A model generated the notes under the pieces. The model searched no databases. It had not been told where the DNA came from and saw only the letters and a program-made list of their open reading frames with translations. Below are positions 29,193 through 39,443 of a stretch of 64,000 nucleotides of DNA, piece by piece; positions within the stretch are counted from its first letter, which is position 1, and each line of letters starts with the position of its first letter. The translations under genes and the position numbers were made by a program. The DNA is from Candidatus Doudnabacteria bacterium (GTDB lineage Bacteria; Patescibacteriota; Doudnabacteria; UBA920). The stretch is from the NCBI GenBank assembly GCA_016218585.1, contig JACRDK010000004.1, positions 21,347 through 85,346 on the forward strand, read 5' to 3'.

Positions 29193-29852
29193 TTAAGATT
29201 TATGATGTAAGATGTATGATTTGATTTTTCTTTCAGAGATTGGGCCGGCTCGCAAAACAATAGCTTCGCCATTTACAACTTTTATTAATGTAGACGGTTT
29301 ACGCTTAGCAAGCCTGCCGGAGTTTATAATAATATCCGGTTTATATTTGGCTTTTTCAAATTGTTTTAATAACTCTTCCGCGGAATAACATTCTGGCTCG
29401 CCGCTAATATTGGCGCTGGTCGTGGTAATTGGCTGTTTTAAATATTTTGCCAAATCAAGTGCAATATTATTTTTCGGCTGCCTAATCCCCAACTCTCCTG
29501 TGTTTGCCGATAACGCTTTAATATTTTTTCCCCTTAATTCTTGATTCTTAATACTTAATACTAGTGTGATTGGCCCAGGAAAAAACTTTTTTGCCAATTT
29601 TTCCGATAGTTTATCCCAAACAACTATTTTTTTAGACGCGGCTGCTGACGGCGGAATTATTGAAACAGGTTTTTTAAAACTTCGCCCCTTTACGGCAAAA
29701 ACTTTTTTTACCGCCGCTAAATTGCTAACGTCTGCCGCCAAACCATAACAAGTATCCGTTGGGTACGCCACAACCTTCCCCTGCTTTAGCGCGGCAACGC
29801 AGGCGTGAATAATTTTTTGATGATGTTTTTTGTTGTAATCAATAATAACCAT
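29193..29852 (-). CDS. tsaC: L-threonylcarbamoyladenylate synthase (Sua5/YrdC)
   Basis: PTDTCYGL, KGR, PGPITLV, TSANISG, PST. Confidence 0.95.
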   Translation of the reverse strand: MVIIDYNKKHHQKIIHACVAALKQGKVVAYPTDTCYGLAADVSNLAAVKKVFAVKGRSFKKPVSIIPPSAAASKKIVVWDKLSEKLAKKFFPGPITLVLSIKNQELRGKNIKALSANTGELGIRQPKNNIALDLAKYLKQPITTTSANISGEPECYSAEELLKQFEKAKYKPDIIINSGRLAKRKPSTLIKVVNGEAIVLRAGPISERKIKSYILHHKS

Positions 29853-29969
29853 AATATTCAGATTTACGAATAGAACGAATCTACAGATACCTACAGATTC
29901 AAATTGTGTTGCCTTGGAAAATTAACATCTGTAGTTATCTGTAAATCTGTTTTCATCTGTATATCGGAA

Positions 29970-32861
29970 TTATATAACAAGGTTTATTAATCTGTTTGGC
30001 ACAAAAATTACCCGCTTAACGCTTTCTCCGACCAATGCCTGTTTAACTGCGTCCATTGCCATAACCTGAGCTTGCACTGCTTCCTGAGTCGCGCCGGCCG
30101 CAACGGTAAGTTTGGCTTTTACCCTGCCATTAATTTGCACAATTATTTCTACTGACGATTCAATAACCAATGCGGGATCAAAATTTGGCCAACTTAAATA
30201 CTGTAATGAGCCGACTTTCTTTTTTTCAACTTTGCTAACTTTCTCGTTTAATTCTTCCGCTATGTGCGGAGCAAATGGATACAACAAAATCAAGAATGTT
30301 TTAATGGATTCTAAGGTAATAAATTCATCCTTAATCTCATTATGAAATTCCATAAAAGCGGAAATGGAAGTGTTAAAACGGAAATTTTCCAAATCCTCGG
30401 TAATTTTCTTTATTAATTTATTCAACGCCCTCTGCACCTTATCAGTATCTTTTGCCCTTGATTCCTGATTCCTGATTCCTGATTCTTGTTGGTGGGGCGC
30501 TTCCGCAATTTCATTTACCCAGGTCCAAACTCTGTCTAAAAATCTTCTCACCCCAACAACGCCCTGGTCATTCCACGACACCATGGACTCGTGAGGCCCT
30601 AAAAACATTTCGTACATTCTTAGGGTATCGGCTCCATATTTTTTTACAACCTCATCAGGATTTACCACATTGCCCCGGCTCTTGGACATTTTCTCGCCAT
30701 CCGGGCCCAAAACAATTCCGTGCGGATGGCGTTTTTTATACGGTTCAGACACAGTAACCAAACCCTGGTCATACAAAAATAAATTCCAAAACCTGCTGTA
30801 AAGCAAATGCAAGGTTGTGTGCTCCATGCCGCCCAAATATACGTCTACCGGTTGCCAGTACTTTAACTTTTTCATATCGGCAAATTTGGTTTTATTTTTT
30901 GGGTCAGCATAGCGCAGCCAATACCAAGAACTGCCGGCCCATTGCGGCATAGTGTTAGTTTCCCGCCAAGCGGTCTTTTTACATTTTGGGCACTTGGTTT
31001 TTACCCAGCTTTTAATATCGGCCAATGGAGATTCTCCGTTGCCCGTTGGTTCATATTTTTTTACATTCGGCAGCTTTACCGGCAAATCCTTTTCCGGAAC
31101 CGGCACAATACCGCAATCTTCACAATGAATTAACGGAATTGGCTCGCCCCAATATCTTTGCCTGCTAAAAACCCAATCGCGCAGTTTATATTGAACGGTT
31201 AACTTGCCAAACTCCCCGCCCATTTTTGTTATTGCTTCTTCTGTTTTAAGTCCGTCAAATTTTTCAGAATTAATTACCACTCCGCTTTCCACCAGGGCTT
31301 TTGGCCCCGTCTTATACAAATCCCAAAAATGTTTAAACACCGCGCCCTTAATAAAAGCGGCCACGGATTTTTCACTTACCCAAACCGGTTTATGTTTGGC
31401 CAGTTCTTCTCCCACAACTTCTGTTTTATCTTCGTTTACCAAATCAAACACAAAACCTTTAAAATAAGCGTGGCGATTTTCTTTTTTTAACAAATGGTAA
31501 AACTTTTCATGCGCTTGCCCAAGTTCCGCAACAAGTTTTATATTTTTATAGCCGGTTTCTTCCGCCACTTCTCTCTGGCAGGCAACAATGTAATCTTCGC
31601 CTTTTTCCACCCCGCCGGTTACAAAAGTTTTCCAGGCTTCAGAAACCTGCCACTGCAAGCACAAAAATTCATTGGTTTTTGGATTGCGAACCAAACAAAC
31701 CACCGCATTTCTAGGAACGAACGGTAATTCAGGCTTGGGAGGTTCGTCTTTAGAAACAAACTCCGGAGCCACAACCTGGACTATTGGCAATTTAAATTTT
31801 GTTGCAAATTCAAAATCGCGAACATCGTGCGCCGGCACGGCCATAATTGCTCCCGTTCCATAATGGCCAAGAACATAGTCTGCCACCCACACCGGAATTT
31901 CCTGTTTGGTTGCTGGGTTAATTGCCTTAATTCCTTTTAACTCAACTCCGGTTTTTTCTTTTCCTTCGGCCGTGCGGTCCATTTCCGCCTTCTCTTTTGC
32001 CTTAGCAATATACTTTGCGACCTCGTCGTAATTCTTGATTCTTGATTCTTGATTCTTAATTAAAGGGTGCTCCGGCGCCACCACCATATAACTCGCGCCA
32101 AAAATAGTATCCGGTCGGGTGGTGAAAACCTCAATTGGAAATTGGAAATTGGAAATTGGAAATTTAATAATCGCTCCCGTGCTCTTTCCAATCCAATTCT
32201 CCTGTTGCAGCTTTACCGCTTCAGGCCATTCGGGCAAATTTTTTAATCCTTCCAATAATTTTTCCGCGTAAGCGGTTATGCGCAAATACCACTGCCGCAG
32301 CTCTTTCTTTTCCACGATAGTGCCGCAGCGTTCGCATTTGCCGTCTATTACTTCCTCGTTAGCCAATCCGGTTTTGTCTTTTGGACACCAATTAATCAAG
32401 CCGGTAGCTTCATAAGCCAACCCTTTTTTGTAAAATTGCAAAAACAGCCACTGCGTCCATTTATAATATTCCGGGTCGGTAGTGTTTATTTCCCTGCTCC
32501 AATCAAAACTCAAACCCCAACTTTGAATTTGTTTCTTGGCGTTGGCAACATTTTTTTTGGTAGTAATGGAAGGATGCACGCCCATTTTTATGGCATAGTT
32601 TTCCGCAGGCAGACCAAAAGCATCCCAACCAATTGGAAACATAGTCTCAAAACCTTTTAACCTGTTAAATCTGCTGTAAACATCGCCCGCCACATAAGGG
32701 CGCAAATGCCCCATATGCAAACCTGCGCCGGACGGATAAGGAAATTCAACCAACACAAACTTTTTTGGTTTTTTGGCCGACTCTTTGGCGATAAAAGTTT
32801 TATTTTTTGCCCAAAATGCTTGCCACTTGCCTTCTATTTTTTTATGGTCGTACTTTTGCAT
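29970..32861 (-). CDS. leuS: Leucine--tRNA ligase with inserted NUDIX domain
   Basis: PYPSGAGLHMGH, FTTRPDT, SRQRYWG, KMSKS. Confidence 0.98.
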   Translation of the reverse strand: MQKYDHKKIEGKWQAFWAKNKTFIAKESAKKPKKFVLVEFPYPSGAGLHMGHLRPYVAGDVYSRFNRLKGFETMFPIGWDAFGLPAENYAIKMGVHPSITTKKNVANAKKQIQSWGLSFDWSREINTTDPEYYKWTQWLFLQFYKKGLAYEATGLINWCPKDKTGLANEEVIDGKCERCGTIVEKKELRQWYLRITAYAEKLLEGLKNLPEWPEAVKLQQENWIGKSTGAIIKFPISNFQFPIEVFTTRPDTIFGASYMVVAPEHPLIKNQESRIKNYDEVAKYIAKAKEKAEMDRTAEGKEKTGVELKGIKAINPATKQEIPVWVADYVLGHYGTGAIMAVPAHDVRDFEFATKFKLPIVQVVAPEFVSKDEPPKPELPFVPRNAVVCLVRNPKTNEFLCLQWQVSEAWKTFVTGGVEKGEDYIVACQREVAEETGYKNIKLVAELGQAHEKFYHLLKKENRHAYFKGFVFDLVNEDKTEVVGEELAKHKPVWVSEKSVAAFIKGAVFKHFWDLYKTGPKALVESGVVINSEKFDGLKTEEAITKMGGEFGKLTVQYKLRDWVFSRQRYWGEPIPLIHCEDCGIVPVPEKDLPVKLPNVKKYEPTGNGESPLADIKSWVKTKCPKCKKTAWRETNTMPQWAGSSWYWLRYADPKNKTKFADMKKLKYWQPVDVYLGGMEHTTLHLLYSRFWNLFLYDQGLVTVSEPYKKRHPHGIVLGPDGEKMSKSRGNVVNPDEVVKKYGADTLRMYEMFLGPHESMVSWNDQGVVGVRRFLDRVWTWVNEIAEAPHQQESGIRNQESRAKDTDKVQRALNKLIKKITEDLENFRFNTSISAFMEFHNEIKDEFITLESIKTFLILLYPFAPHIAEELNEKVSKVEKKKVGSLQYLSWPNFDPALVIESSVEIIVQINGRVKAKLTVAAGATQEAVQAQVMAMDAVKQALVGESVKRVIFVPNRLINLVI

Positions 32862-32877
32862 AGGTTTATTATTAATC

Positions 32878-33355
32878 GTAGTCTGCCGATTTATCGGCTA
32901 TTCGTAAAACTTTTTAAATTCCACAATTTCCTGAGTTGGATTTTTTAAAATGTATTCCCTAATCTTATTCAAAGCATTTTCGTTTCTAATAATATGCTCA
33001 TAATAATTTGGCTGCCAGATAAACTCTTCCAGCGCATGCGATACTTTTGCCTTAAACCTCCTAACAATCTCACCTAATTTTAACGTTGACGATTTTAGGA
33101 CAAAGATAATATGGACATGGTTCGGCATAATAACATAGAGATCTAGTTCTAACCCTTCGGTCTTACTCACCAAATCTCTTAGTTCACGTTCAACTTCTTT
33201 TTCTTTATCTTTAAAATAATTTAATCTTAAATCGGTAACTATGGTCACAAAATAATAACCGTTTGACCCATAATCATATTGCTTAAGTCTAATGTGTTTT
33301 AAATTCCTCATACCATGAAGAAGCTTAAGTCAAAGCCGATGAATCGGCGAACTAC
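32878..33355 (-). mobile_element. RAYT gene bracketed by inverted GTAG-type REP hairpins
   Basis: GTAG-tct-GCCGATTTATCGGC (32878-32898) and GCCGATGAATCGGC-gaa-CTAC (33335-33355). Confidence 0.85.
32898..33311 (-). CDS. REP-associated tyrosine transposase (RAYT, Y1 HUH family)
   Basis: RLKQYDY, YFVTI, MPNHVH HUH motif, WQPNYYEHIIRN, YILKNP. Confidence 0.93.
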   Translation of the reverse strand: MRNLKHIRLKQYDYGSNGYYFVTIVTDLRLNYFKDKEKEVERELRDLVSKTEGLELDLYVIMPNHVHIIFVLKSSTLKLGEIVRRFKAKVSHALEEFIWQPNYYEHIIRNENALNKIREYILKNPTQEIVEFKKFYE

Positions 33356-34194
33356 AATCTAAACAAATGTCTGGCGTTATCCGTAGTAATTTCTTCAATT
33401 TCTGATATTGATAATTTCTTAATTTCAGCAACTTTTTCCGCAACATATTTTACGAAACTTGGTTCATTTCTTTTTCCCCGATTTGGTATGGGTGTTAAGT
33501 ATGGGCAATCGGTCTCAAGCAAAATTTTATCTAGCGGAGCTAGCTTTACCAGCTCTGCCATATTTCCAGTTTTATCAAAAGTAATTATGCCGTTAAAAGA
33601 CACATAAGCCCCGAGTTCCAAAAACTTTTTAAAATACTCCGGGGTATGAGTATAGCTATGAATTTCAAAGCGCATCTCGCTAACTTTTTCTTCCTCAAAG
33701 ACTTTCAGCATATCTTCATAAAGCTCGTCGCTTCCTTTTTCGGGACGGCTATGAACGACCAAAACTTTATCATGCTCTTTGGCAAACCTAATTTGTTTTT
33801 TAAAAACTTCAATCTGTTTTTGTTTGATTTCTTTGTGTAAAGTTTTGTCTTCTGGTAAGCGGTAATAATCTAAGCCGCATTCCCCAATTCCCACAACTTT
33901 GGGATTTTTTACGAGCTCGGAATACAAATCTGCGTCAAAATTTTCTTCCCTGCTTTTAAAATGGGTTTCTTCTTCATCCACGTACTGCGAATGTGTGTGT
34001 TCGGGGTGCACGCCAATTACCGCATAGACTCCCTCATTAAATTCGCTAGCCAATTCCACCGCCTGCCTGGAGGTATCTATTTGGCTGCCAACATTTATTA
34101 TCCAAGTTCCATTATCTAAAGCCCGCTGCAAAGTTTCCTTAGCATCGTCTTTAAATGAATGAAAATTTACATGCGCATGGGTATCTATTAACAT
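33352..34194 (-). CDS. tatD: TatD family hydrolase
   Basis: DTHAH, GVHP, GECGLDY, ETDCPYL. Confidence 0.96.
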   Translation of the reverse strand: MLIDTHAHVNFHSFKDDAKETLQRALDNGTWIINVGSQIDTSRQAVELASEFNEGVYAVIGVHPEHTHSQYVDEEETHFKSREENFDADLYSELVKNPKVVGIGECGLDYYRLPEDKTLHKEIKQKQIEVFKKQIRFAKEHDKVLVVHSRPEKGSDELYEDMLKVFEEEKVSEMRFEIHSYTHTPEYFKKFLELGAYVSFNGIITFDKTGNMAELVKLAPLDKILLETDCPYLTPIPNRGKRNEPSFVKYVAEKVAEIKKLSISEIEEITTDNARHLFRL

Positions 34195-34195
34195 A

Positions 34196-34858
34196 CTAAG
34201 GCAACTCTTTGGTTTTATTTAAATCGAATATATATATTTTTCCGGTTCTGGGATCGTAGGACATATTGTGTGGTTTAGTATCCCAATATTTAATTCCTAA
34301 AATATTCTGGATATTTTTAATTCTTTCCAATAACTTAAGTTCTTGTTCGGTAGGCTGTTTGCCTTTTTCTTTAATGTCTTCGAGGTATGCCAGGGTGCTT
34401 TCAAAATTCGGATCCCATTTTGAAACAAAATATTTATAATTAGTACCGTCATAACCCAAAACATATTCAACAATTTCCACATTTTCCACCCCGGCCAATA
34501 ATTTTTTGGCTTCTCGGGTGTCATACAACTCGCTCACACCGCCCCCGGTTTCATAATTTAAAGCAGCGGGAATTCTTTTTACAAAAAAAGAATTTTCAGG
34601 TATGTCTAATTTATAATAAAATGCCTCTTCGTCTTTCCATTTTTCCGACCCCAGATGCCCTTTTGCAGTCACAGTATAATCGCCATCGGAGACAATGGCA
34701 TTTTCCCGATCTTGAGCATCAGCTAGATCAAATAATTTAACCGCTTTCCTAATTTTACTTCTTTCCAATAGCGCCTCGCCTTCCGGTGTATAAACCAAAT
34801 CGTTCATAGAAAATTCAACTGAAGTAAGGTTGTCTGGATGATTTGTTTTTAAGGCCAT
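34196..34858 (-). CDS. Hypothetical protein with kinase-like motifs
   Basis: FFVKR, DTKPHN, IYIFDL resemble kinase VAIK/catalytic-loop/DFG motifs. Confidence 0.65.
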   Translation of the reverse strand: MALKTNHPDNLTSVEFSMNDLVYTPEGEALLERSKIRKAVKLFDLADAQDRENAIVSDGDYTVTAKGHLGSEKWKDEEAFYYKLDIPENSFFVKRIPAALNYETGGGVSELYDTREAKKLLAGVENVEIVEYVLGYDGTNYKYFVSKWDPNFESTLAYLEDIKEKGKQPTEQELKLLERIKNIQNILGIKYWDTKPHNMSYDPRTGKIYIFDLNKTKELP

Positions 34859-34892
34859 AAAATAAATTTACAATTTTTTCGAAATATAATAT

Positions 34893-36401
34893 CTAAATTC
34901 TTGGAAATAATCTTGGAATGTTCCCCGATGTTAAATCTTTTAACGCTAAAAGTATTTGCCCTGCTGTATTAGGAAGAAACGGCTTTAAGCTCTGTGCAAT
35001 ACCTTCTAACTCACTAAGCAAAAACTCGATGTCCTTTTTTGCCGCGGCTTCATCAACCTTAATTTTTTTAAATGGCTCTTCTTTTTGAATATACTGGTCG
35101 CAAGCTTGGATTTTTTTCCAAACTTCGTCCGTTGCTTTGGCTAATTCATAATGATTCAGCAACTCGTTTCCCTGATTCATAATTCTTAACTCATACTTCG
35201 TGATTCCCGCATTAACCGCCATTTTCAAAATTCTGCTGGTTAAATTTCCAATTCCATTAGCAAGTCCGGCGTTATAGGTTTCCACAAAATGTTCCCAGGT
35301 GTAATCCCCGTCTTCAAAGGTTGGAATTTCCCGCAACAAATAATAGCGCAAGGCATCAGTTGCCTGCTCTTTCGTTAAGCCCAAACTTTCCAGCTTGGCC
35401 AAAATTTCATATGGGTCGGCAACATTGCCGAGAGACTTGGACATTTTTTGCCCGCCGCTGGTAATAAACCCATGAATTATTATTTGTTTGGAGTTTGTCA
35501 ATCCAGCTGACATTAACATCGCCTGCCACATTGCCGATTGTTGGCGAAGGTTGTCTTTTCCGGCAATTTGTACCCCGGGCCAGAATTCAGCAAATAGGAA
35601 GTCGGAAGTCGGAAGTCGGTTCGAGTCCGATCCTCCGGTTATCCGGTTATCCGATTTTTCCGATTCAGGCCAACCCAAAGTGGAAATATAGTTAATGAGC
35701 GCATCAAACCACACATACATTACATGAGCTTCGTCTCCGGGCACCGGAACCCCCCAGGACATTTTTTCTTTTAAACGCGATACGCTAAAATCTTCCAGGC
35801 CTTTTTTCACAAATTCTTTTATTTCATTAAACCGAAAATCGGGAATAACAAAGTCCGGTTGTTTTTCGTATAAATCTAACAACTGTTGCTGGTACTTAGA
35901 CCAACGAAAAAAATAATTTTCTTCTTCTCTTATTTCCAACTCTAAATTGGGATGAAGCGGGCATTTGCCGTCTACCAATTCACTTTCGGTTTTTTCCAGC
36001 TCACAACCAACGCAATATTTAATTTTATAATTCTTTTTATAAATATCGCCGTTCTTCTCGCATCTCTTCCAAAATTCCTGGGCCGCGGCAATATGATTTG
36101 CATCTGTAGTTCTAACAAAATGAATGTCCGGGCTAATACCCAAAGCAGGCATAAGTTGTTTAAATTTTTCGGCATATTCGTCTACATAAGCCTGAACATC
36201 CTGTTTTTTACTTTCTGCTTTCTGAAAGATTTTTTGTCCGTGTTCATCTGTTCCCGTATTAAAAAACACCTCTTGTCCTAAAATTTCTTTATGATATCTC
36301 GCGATTACGTCGGCTTGAACCATTTCTAAAGCAAACCCTAAATGAGGGTCAGAATTAACATAAGGCAACGTTGTTGTAATGTAAAACTTATTTTTGTTCA
36401 T
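34893..36401 (-). CDS. metG: Methionine--tRNA ligase (short form)
   Basis: YITTTLPYVN, GTDEHGQK, YVWFDAL, KMSKSLGN. Confidence 0.97.
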   Translation of the reverse strand: MNKNKFYITTTLPYVNSDPHLGFALEMVQADVIARYHKEILGQEVFFNTGTDEHGQKIFQKAESKKQDVQAYVDEYAEKFKQLMPALGISPDIHFVRTTDANHIAAAQEFWKRCEKNGDIYKKNYKIKYCVGCELEKTESELVDGKCPLHPNLELEIREEENYFFRWSKYQQQLLDLYEKQPDFVIPDFRFNEIKEFVKKGLEDFSVSRLKEKMSWGVPVPGDEAHVMYVWFDALINYISTLGWPESEKSDNRITGGSDSNRLPTSDFLFAEFWPGVQIAGKDNLRQQSAMWQAMLMSAGLTNSKQIIIHGFITSGGQKMSKSLGNVADPYEILAKLESLGLTKEQATDALRYYLLREIPTFEDGDYTWEHFVETYNAGLANGIGNLTSRILKMAVNAGITKYELRIMNQGNELLNHYELAKATDEVWKKIQACDQYIQKEEPFKKIKVDEAAAKKDIEFLLSELEGIAQSLKPFLPNTAGQILLALKDLTSGNIPRLFPRI

Positions 36402-36485
36402 AATCGTATAAAACTCTCGCAATTACAATAAAAAAGGCTACTTTTAGCCTTTTAATTATAGCGTTTTATTGGGTTTTTAACAAAT

Positions 36486-37499
36486 TTAGGAGTTAGTTGC
36501 GGTTTTCGCCGCCCAAAATTCATTTACTATAACCGTTATGGCGCTTACCAAAGGCACTGCAATAAGCAAACCGACTACTCCGGCGAGTTTAAAACCAATT
36601 AAGACCGCAAGCAAAACCGCCAAAGGCGAGGTGCCAACGGTTTTTTCCATAACCTTAGGAACCAGAATATAACCTTCTGTTTTTTGAATCAACAAATATA
36701 ATACGCCAACGGCAAAAGCCAGGGGCGGGTTTTGAATAAATGCCACGAACATGGCCGGTACTGCGGACAAAAATGGTCCAATATAAGGAATTACTTCCAA
36801 CATGCCGGCTATAATCGCCAAAACAAAAGCATACTTAATTCCTAAAATAGACAAGCCTACCCAAGTTAAAACAAAAATAGAAACGCTCAAAATTAACTGG
36901 CCCAAAATCCATAAACCCATTTTCTTTTGAATTTTTTCAATTATTCCCAAAGTGAATTCATGGTGGCGTTCCGGCAACAGAGTTCCAACGAATTTTTTCA
37001 TCCCCTGTTCTTCAGCAACAAGATAAAAAGAAATAACCAACACGCTAACAAAAGACAATAAGCCGTTAAATACGCCAAAAGTTTGGCTTAAAACATTACT
37101 GCCAGGTTCCGGACTAGAAACCGCGCTCTTTATAAAGTCGGAAACATCTACGTTGCCCAAACCAAAACTCGACAATCTTTCCTGCAAACTGGTTAAATAC
37201 TGTGGCAGATTAACTTTTAAAATTCCAAACTGCGAAACTACAGGCGGAATAGCCAAAAAAATAATCAGCCCAATAAGTCCAAAAAATAACAAATACGTAA
37301 CTAAAACGCTAACCGCTCTGGGCACTCTTTTTTCATTAAAGTAGTCAACCATTGGTTCCATTGCCGAAGCCAAAATTAAAGACAGCAGTAAAATTAAAAT
37401 AACGTCGCGAGTCACCCACAAAAATGCCAAGGCAAGCACGACAAAAACAACTTTTAAAATAACTTTGGTTGAATTTTCTAAATCAGCGTACTTCATCAA
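36486..37499 (-). CDS. AI-2E family transporter
   Basis: IPYIGP, EGYILVPKVM, GLLIAVP; multi-TM. Confidence 0.92.
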   Translation of the reverse strand: MMKYADLENSTKVILKVVFVVLALAFLWVTRDVILILLLSLILASAMEPMVDYFNEKRVPRAVSVLVTYLLFFGLIGLIIFLAIPPVVSQFGILKVNLPQYLTSLQERLSSFGLGNVDVSDFIKSAVSSPEPGSNVLSQTFGVFNGLLSFVSVLVISFYLVAEEQGMKKFVGTLLPERHHEFTLGIIEKIQKKMGLWILGQLILSVSIFVLTWVGLSILGIKYAFVLAIIAGMLEVIPYIGPFLSAVPAMFVAFIQNPPLAFAVGVLYLLIQKTEGYILVPKVMEKTVGTSPLAVLLAVLIGFKLAGVVGLLIAVPLVSAITVIVNEFWAAKTATNS

Positions 37500-37585
37500 A
37501 ATAATGCGAAATTAAGGAAACAATGCTAATTATGCGAAAACACATTTACATAAATTTTAACACAATGAAAAGCAAAAATCCACCT

Positions 37586-37813
37586 CTATAACAGAGATGG
37601 ATCTTCGGCAGGGGCAGTTTCTAATTCTTTTTTGGCCGCGGCAATCTTTTCATCAATAACTTTTAAGCCTTCCAGACAATAAGCTTTAATTTGTTCGCGC
37701 AGAAAATCGGTAAGGCCTTCGTTTTCCAGGTCTCGGATTAAAATATCTTTAATTGTTGGATCCAGCGGAGAAGCTTGGATTAAATGAATAATGTTTTGAA
37801 TTTTATCGTCCAT
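37586..37813 (-). CDS. Hypothetical protein
   Basis: Open frame from MDDKIQ, packed behind the upstream small ORF. Confidence 0.65.
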   Translation of the reverse strand: MDDKIQNIIHLIQASPLDPTIKDILIRDLENEGLTDFLREQIKAYCLEGLKVIDEKIAAAKKELETAPAEDPSLL

Positions 37814-37817
37814 AGTT

Positions 37818-37994
37818 TTATTTCCCCACTGCTTGTAATAAAGCATTCAGGCTTTTTTGATATTCTAATAATTTTTCCATACTAACACCTTCCATCGCTT
37901 TTTCATCTAAACGATACTGCGCGTCAACAGCTACGCCAATCTTTGGGTCAATCAAACCTCTGCGTTCCACACCAGCCTCCATATTGTTAGACAT
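37818..37994 (-). CDS. Small hypothetical protein (58 aa, absent from ORF track)
   Basis: Manual translation MSNNMEAGVERRGLIDPKIG...LLQAVGK; AAGGGA upstream; fills the gap. Confidence 0.55.
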   Translation of the reverse strand: MSNNMEAGVERRGLIDPKIGVAVDAQYRLDEKAMEGVSMEKLLEYQKSLNALLQAVGK

Positions 37995-38012
37995 AAATGT
38001 CCCTTTCGATTT

Positions 38013-38903
38013 TTATTTCTTGAGTTTATCCCTCAAGGCTTTTAAGATTTTAATATCTGTTTCAACTTTATCATGCTCGGTTTCCAAAATCAAGGGCACG
38101 GCTTCGCCAGATTTATGATTTAAGATAGAAGATTTAAGATTTGACTGCAAAGACTGCAAAAAAATACCAAAGCCCTTCTTTCCTATTAAACCTTCGTTAA
38201 TATGCTCGTGCCTGTCTTTGCGGCTGGCTAATTCCACCTTGGAGTCGTTTATATGGCTCATTTTCAGCCATTTTAAGCCGATTGCTTTATCAAATTGCTT
38301 TATCCAATCCCCTTTTCTTACGTCGTACCCGGAAGCAAAAGCATGCTGGGTATCAAAACATACCCCGCCAAAACCAGGATGTTTAACCAGCGGCGCCATA
38401 AGCTCTGTTACTTCTTCAAAAGTATCGCCCAAAACCTCGCCCGCGCCGGCGGCGATTTCAATTAACAGCTGGGCTGAGCCTTTATACCCGTCCAAAACTT
38501 TTTTTAAGCCTTCCTGAGCCTGTTTTATGGCCTTTAGCTTGCCCTGGTCTTTGCCGCTGCCGGTATGGAACATTACATATTGCCCGCCAAGCAAGCTGGT
38601 GCGATCAAGCTCTCCCCGCACAATGGAAATTGAACCATGAAAGGTCTGCGGCTTGCCGCTGCCAAAATTTATGTAATAAGGGCAGTGAACAACAAACTCA
38701 CTTAATTTATGCTTTTGCATCTCATCTTTAAATTTTTCAATTACCTCGCCATTTAATTCCGGCGCGGGTCCGCCCTGTGGGCTTCTGGTAAAAATCTGGA
38801 AAGTCTCGCACCCCAAAGCCGCCGCACGTTCCGGCGCGTTCCAAACTCCCCCGGCAATAGAAACATGGCAGCCTATTTTAAAATTCATTTTGTTTTGAGC
38901 CAT
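38013..38903 (-). CDS. nfo: Endonuclease IV
   Basis: GCHVSIAGG, HCPYYIN, CFDTQH, HINDSK, DRHEHI, LET. Confidence 0.95.
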   Translation of the reverse strand: MAQNKMNFKIGCHVSIAGGVWNAPERAAALGCETFQIFTRSPQGGPAPELNGEVIEKFKDEMQKHKLSEFVVHCPYYINFGSGKPQTFHGSISIVRGELDRTSLLGGQYVMFHTGSGKDQGKLKAIKQAQEGLKKVLDGYKGSAQLLIEIAAGAGEVLGDTFEEVTELMAPLVKHPGFGGVCFDTQHAFASGYDVRKGDWIKQFDKAIGLKWLKMSHINDSKVELASRKDRHEHINEGLIGKKGFGIFLQSLQSNLKSSILNHKSGEAVPLILETEHDKVETDIKILKALRDKLKK

Positions 38904-39433
38904 TGGTTAATTTTATCTTGAGCTTCCAAATAACAAAGCGACGCCCAATTGGCAGGATCTTTCTGGCCTTCCTGTAAGGCTTCCAGCATATCCCGCCATT
39001 CAACTTTTTCAATTTCTCCGTCGTTAAATTTTATGTCGGACTTTTTTCCGTCAAATACATAAGCGTACAGCCAGGAAACATGCTTAAAGTTTGGATTCTT
39101 TCTGGTATCTAAAAAATACAAATCTGCGGACGAAACCTTAAGCCCTATTTCTTCATCTAATTCATCTACCGCATTTTGCGCCGGGGTTTGCGAATATTTT
39201 ACGTGTCCGCCAAAAGCCATTTGCCAGCGTCCAGGATTTTGGTTTAACTTTTCACTGCGTTTGGAACATAAAATCCGGCCTTCCGGATTAACCACATAAA
39301 TTCCCGTGGTCAAATGCCAAAATTTTAACGGCTGCTCGTGAACCTCCGCCCTGGTTTTTCCCACGGTGATTTTGCCATTTTCATCACAGCATTGCAATAT
39401 TTCATTTTCCGGTTCCGGGGAAACATAATCCAT
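38885..39433 (-). CDS. NUDIX hydrolase (Idi/YfcD-like)
   Basis: GGHV...ELDEEIG Nudix box; H, KRS, PG.W. Confidence 0.85.
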   Translation of the reverse strand: MDYVSPEPENEILQCCDENGKITVGKTRAEVHEQPLKFWHLTTGIYVVNPEGRILCSKRSEKLNQNPGRWQMAFGGHVKYSQTPAQNAVDELDEEIGLKVSSADLYFLDTRKNPNFKHVSWLYAYVFDGKKSDIKFNDGEIEKVEWRDMLEALQEGQKDPANWASLCYLEAQDKINQWLKTK

Positions 39434-39443
39434 AAACTAAAAA

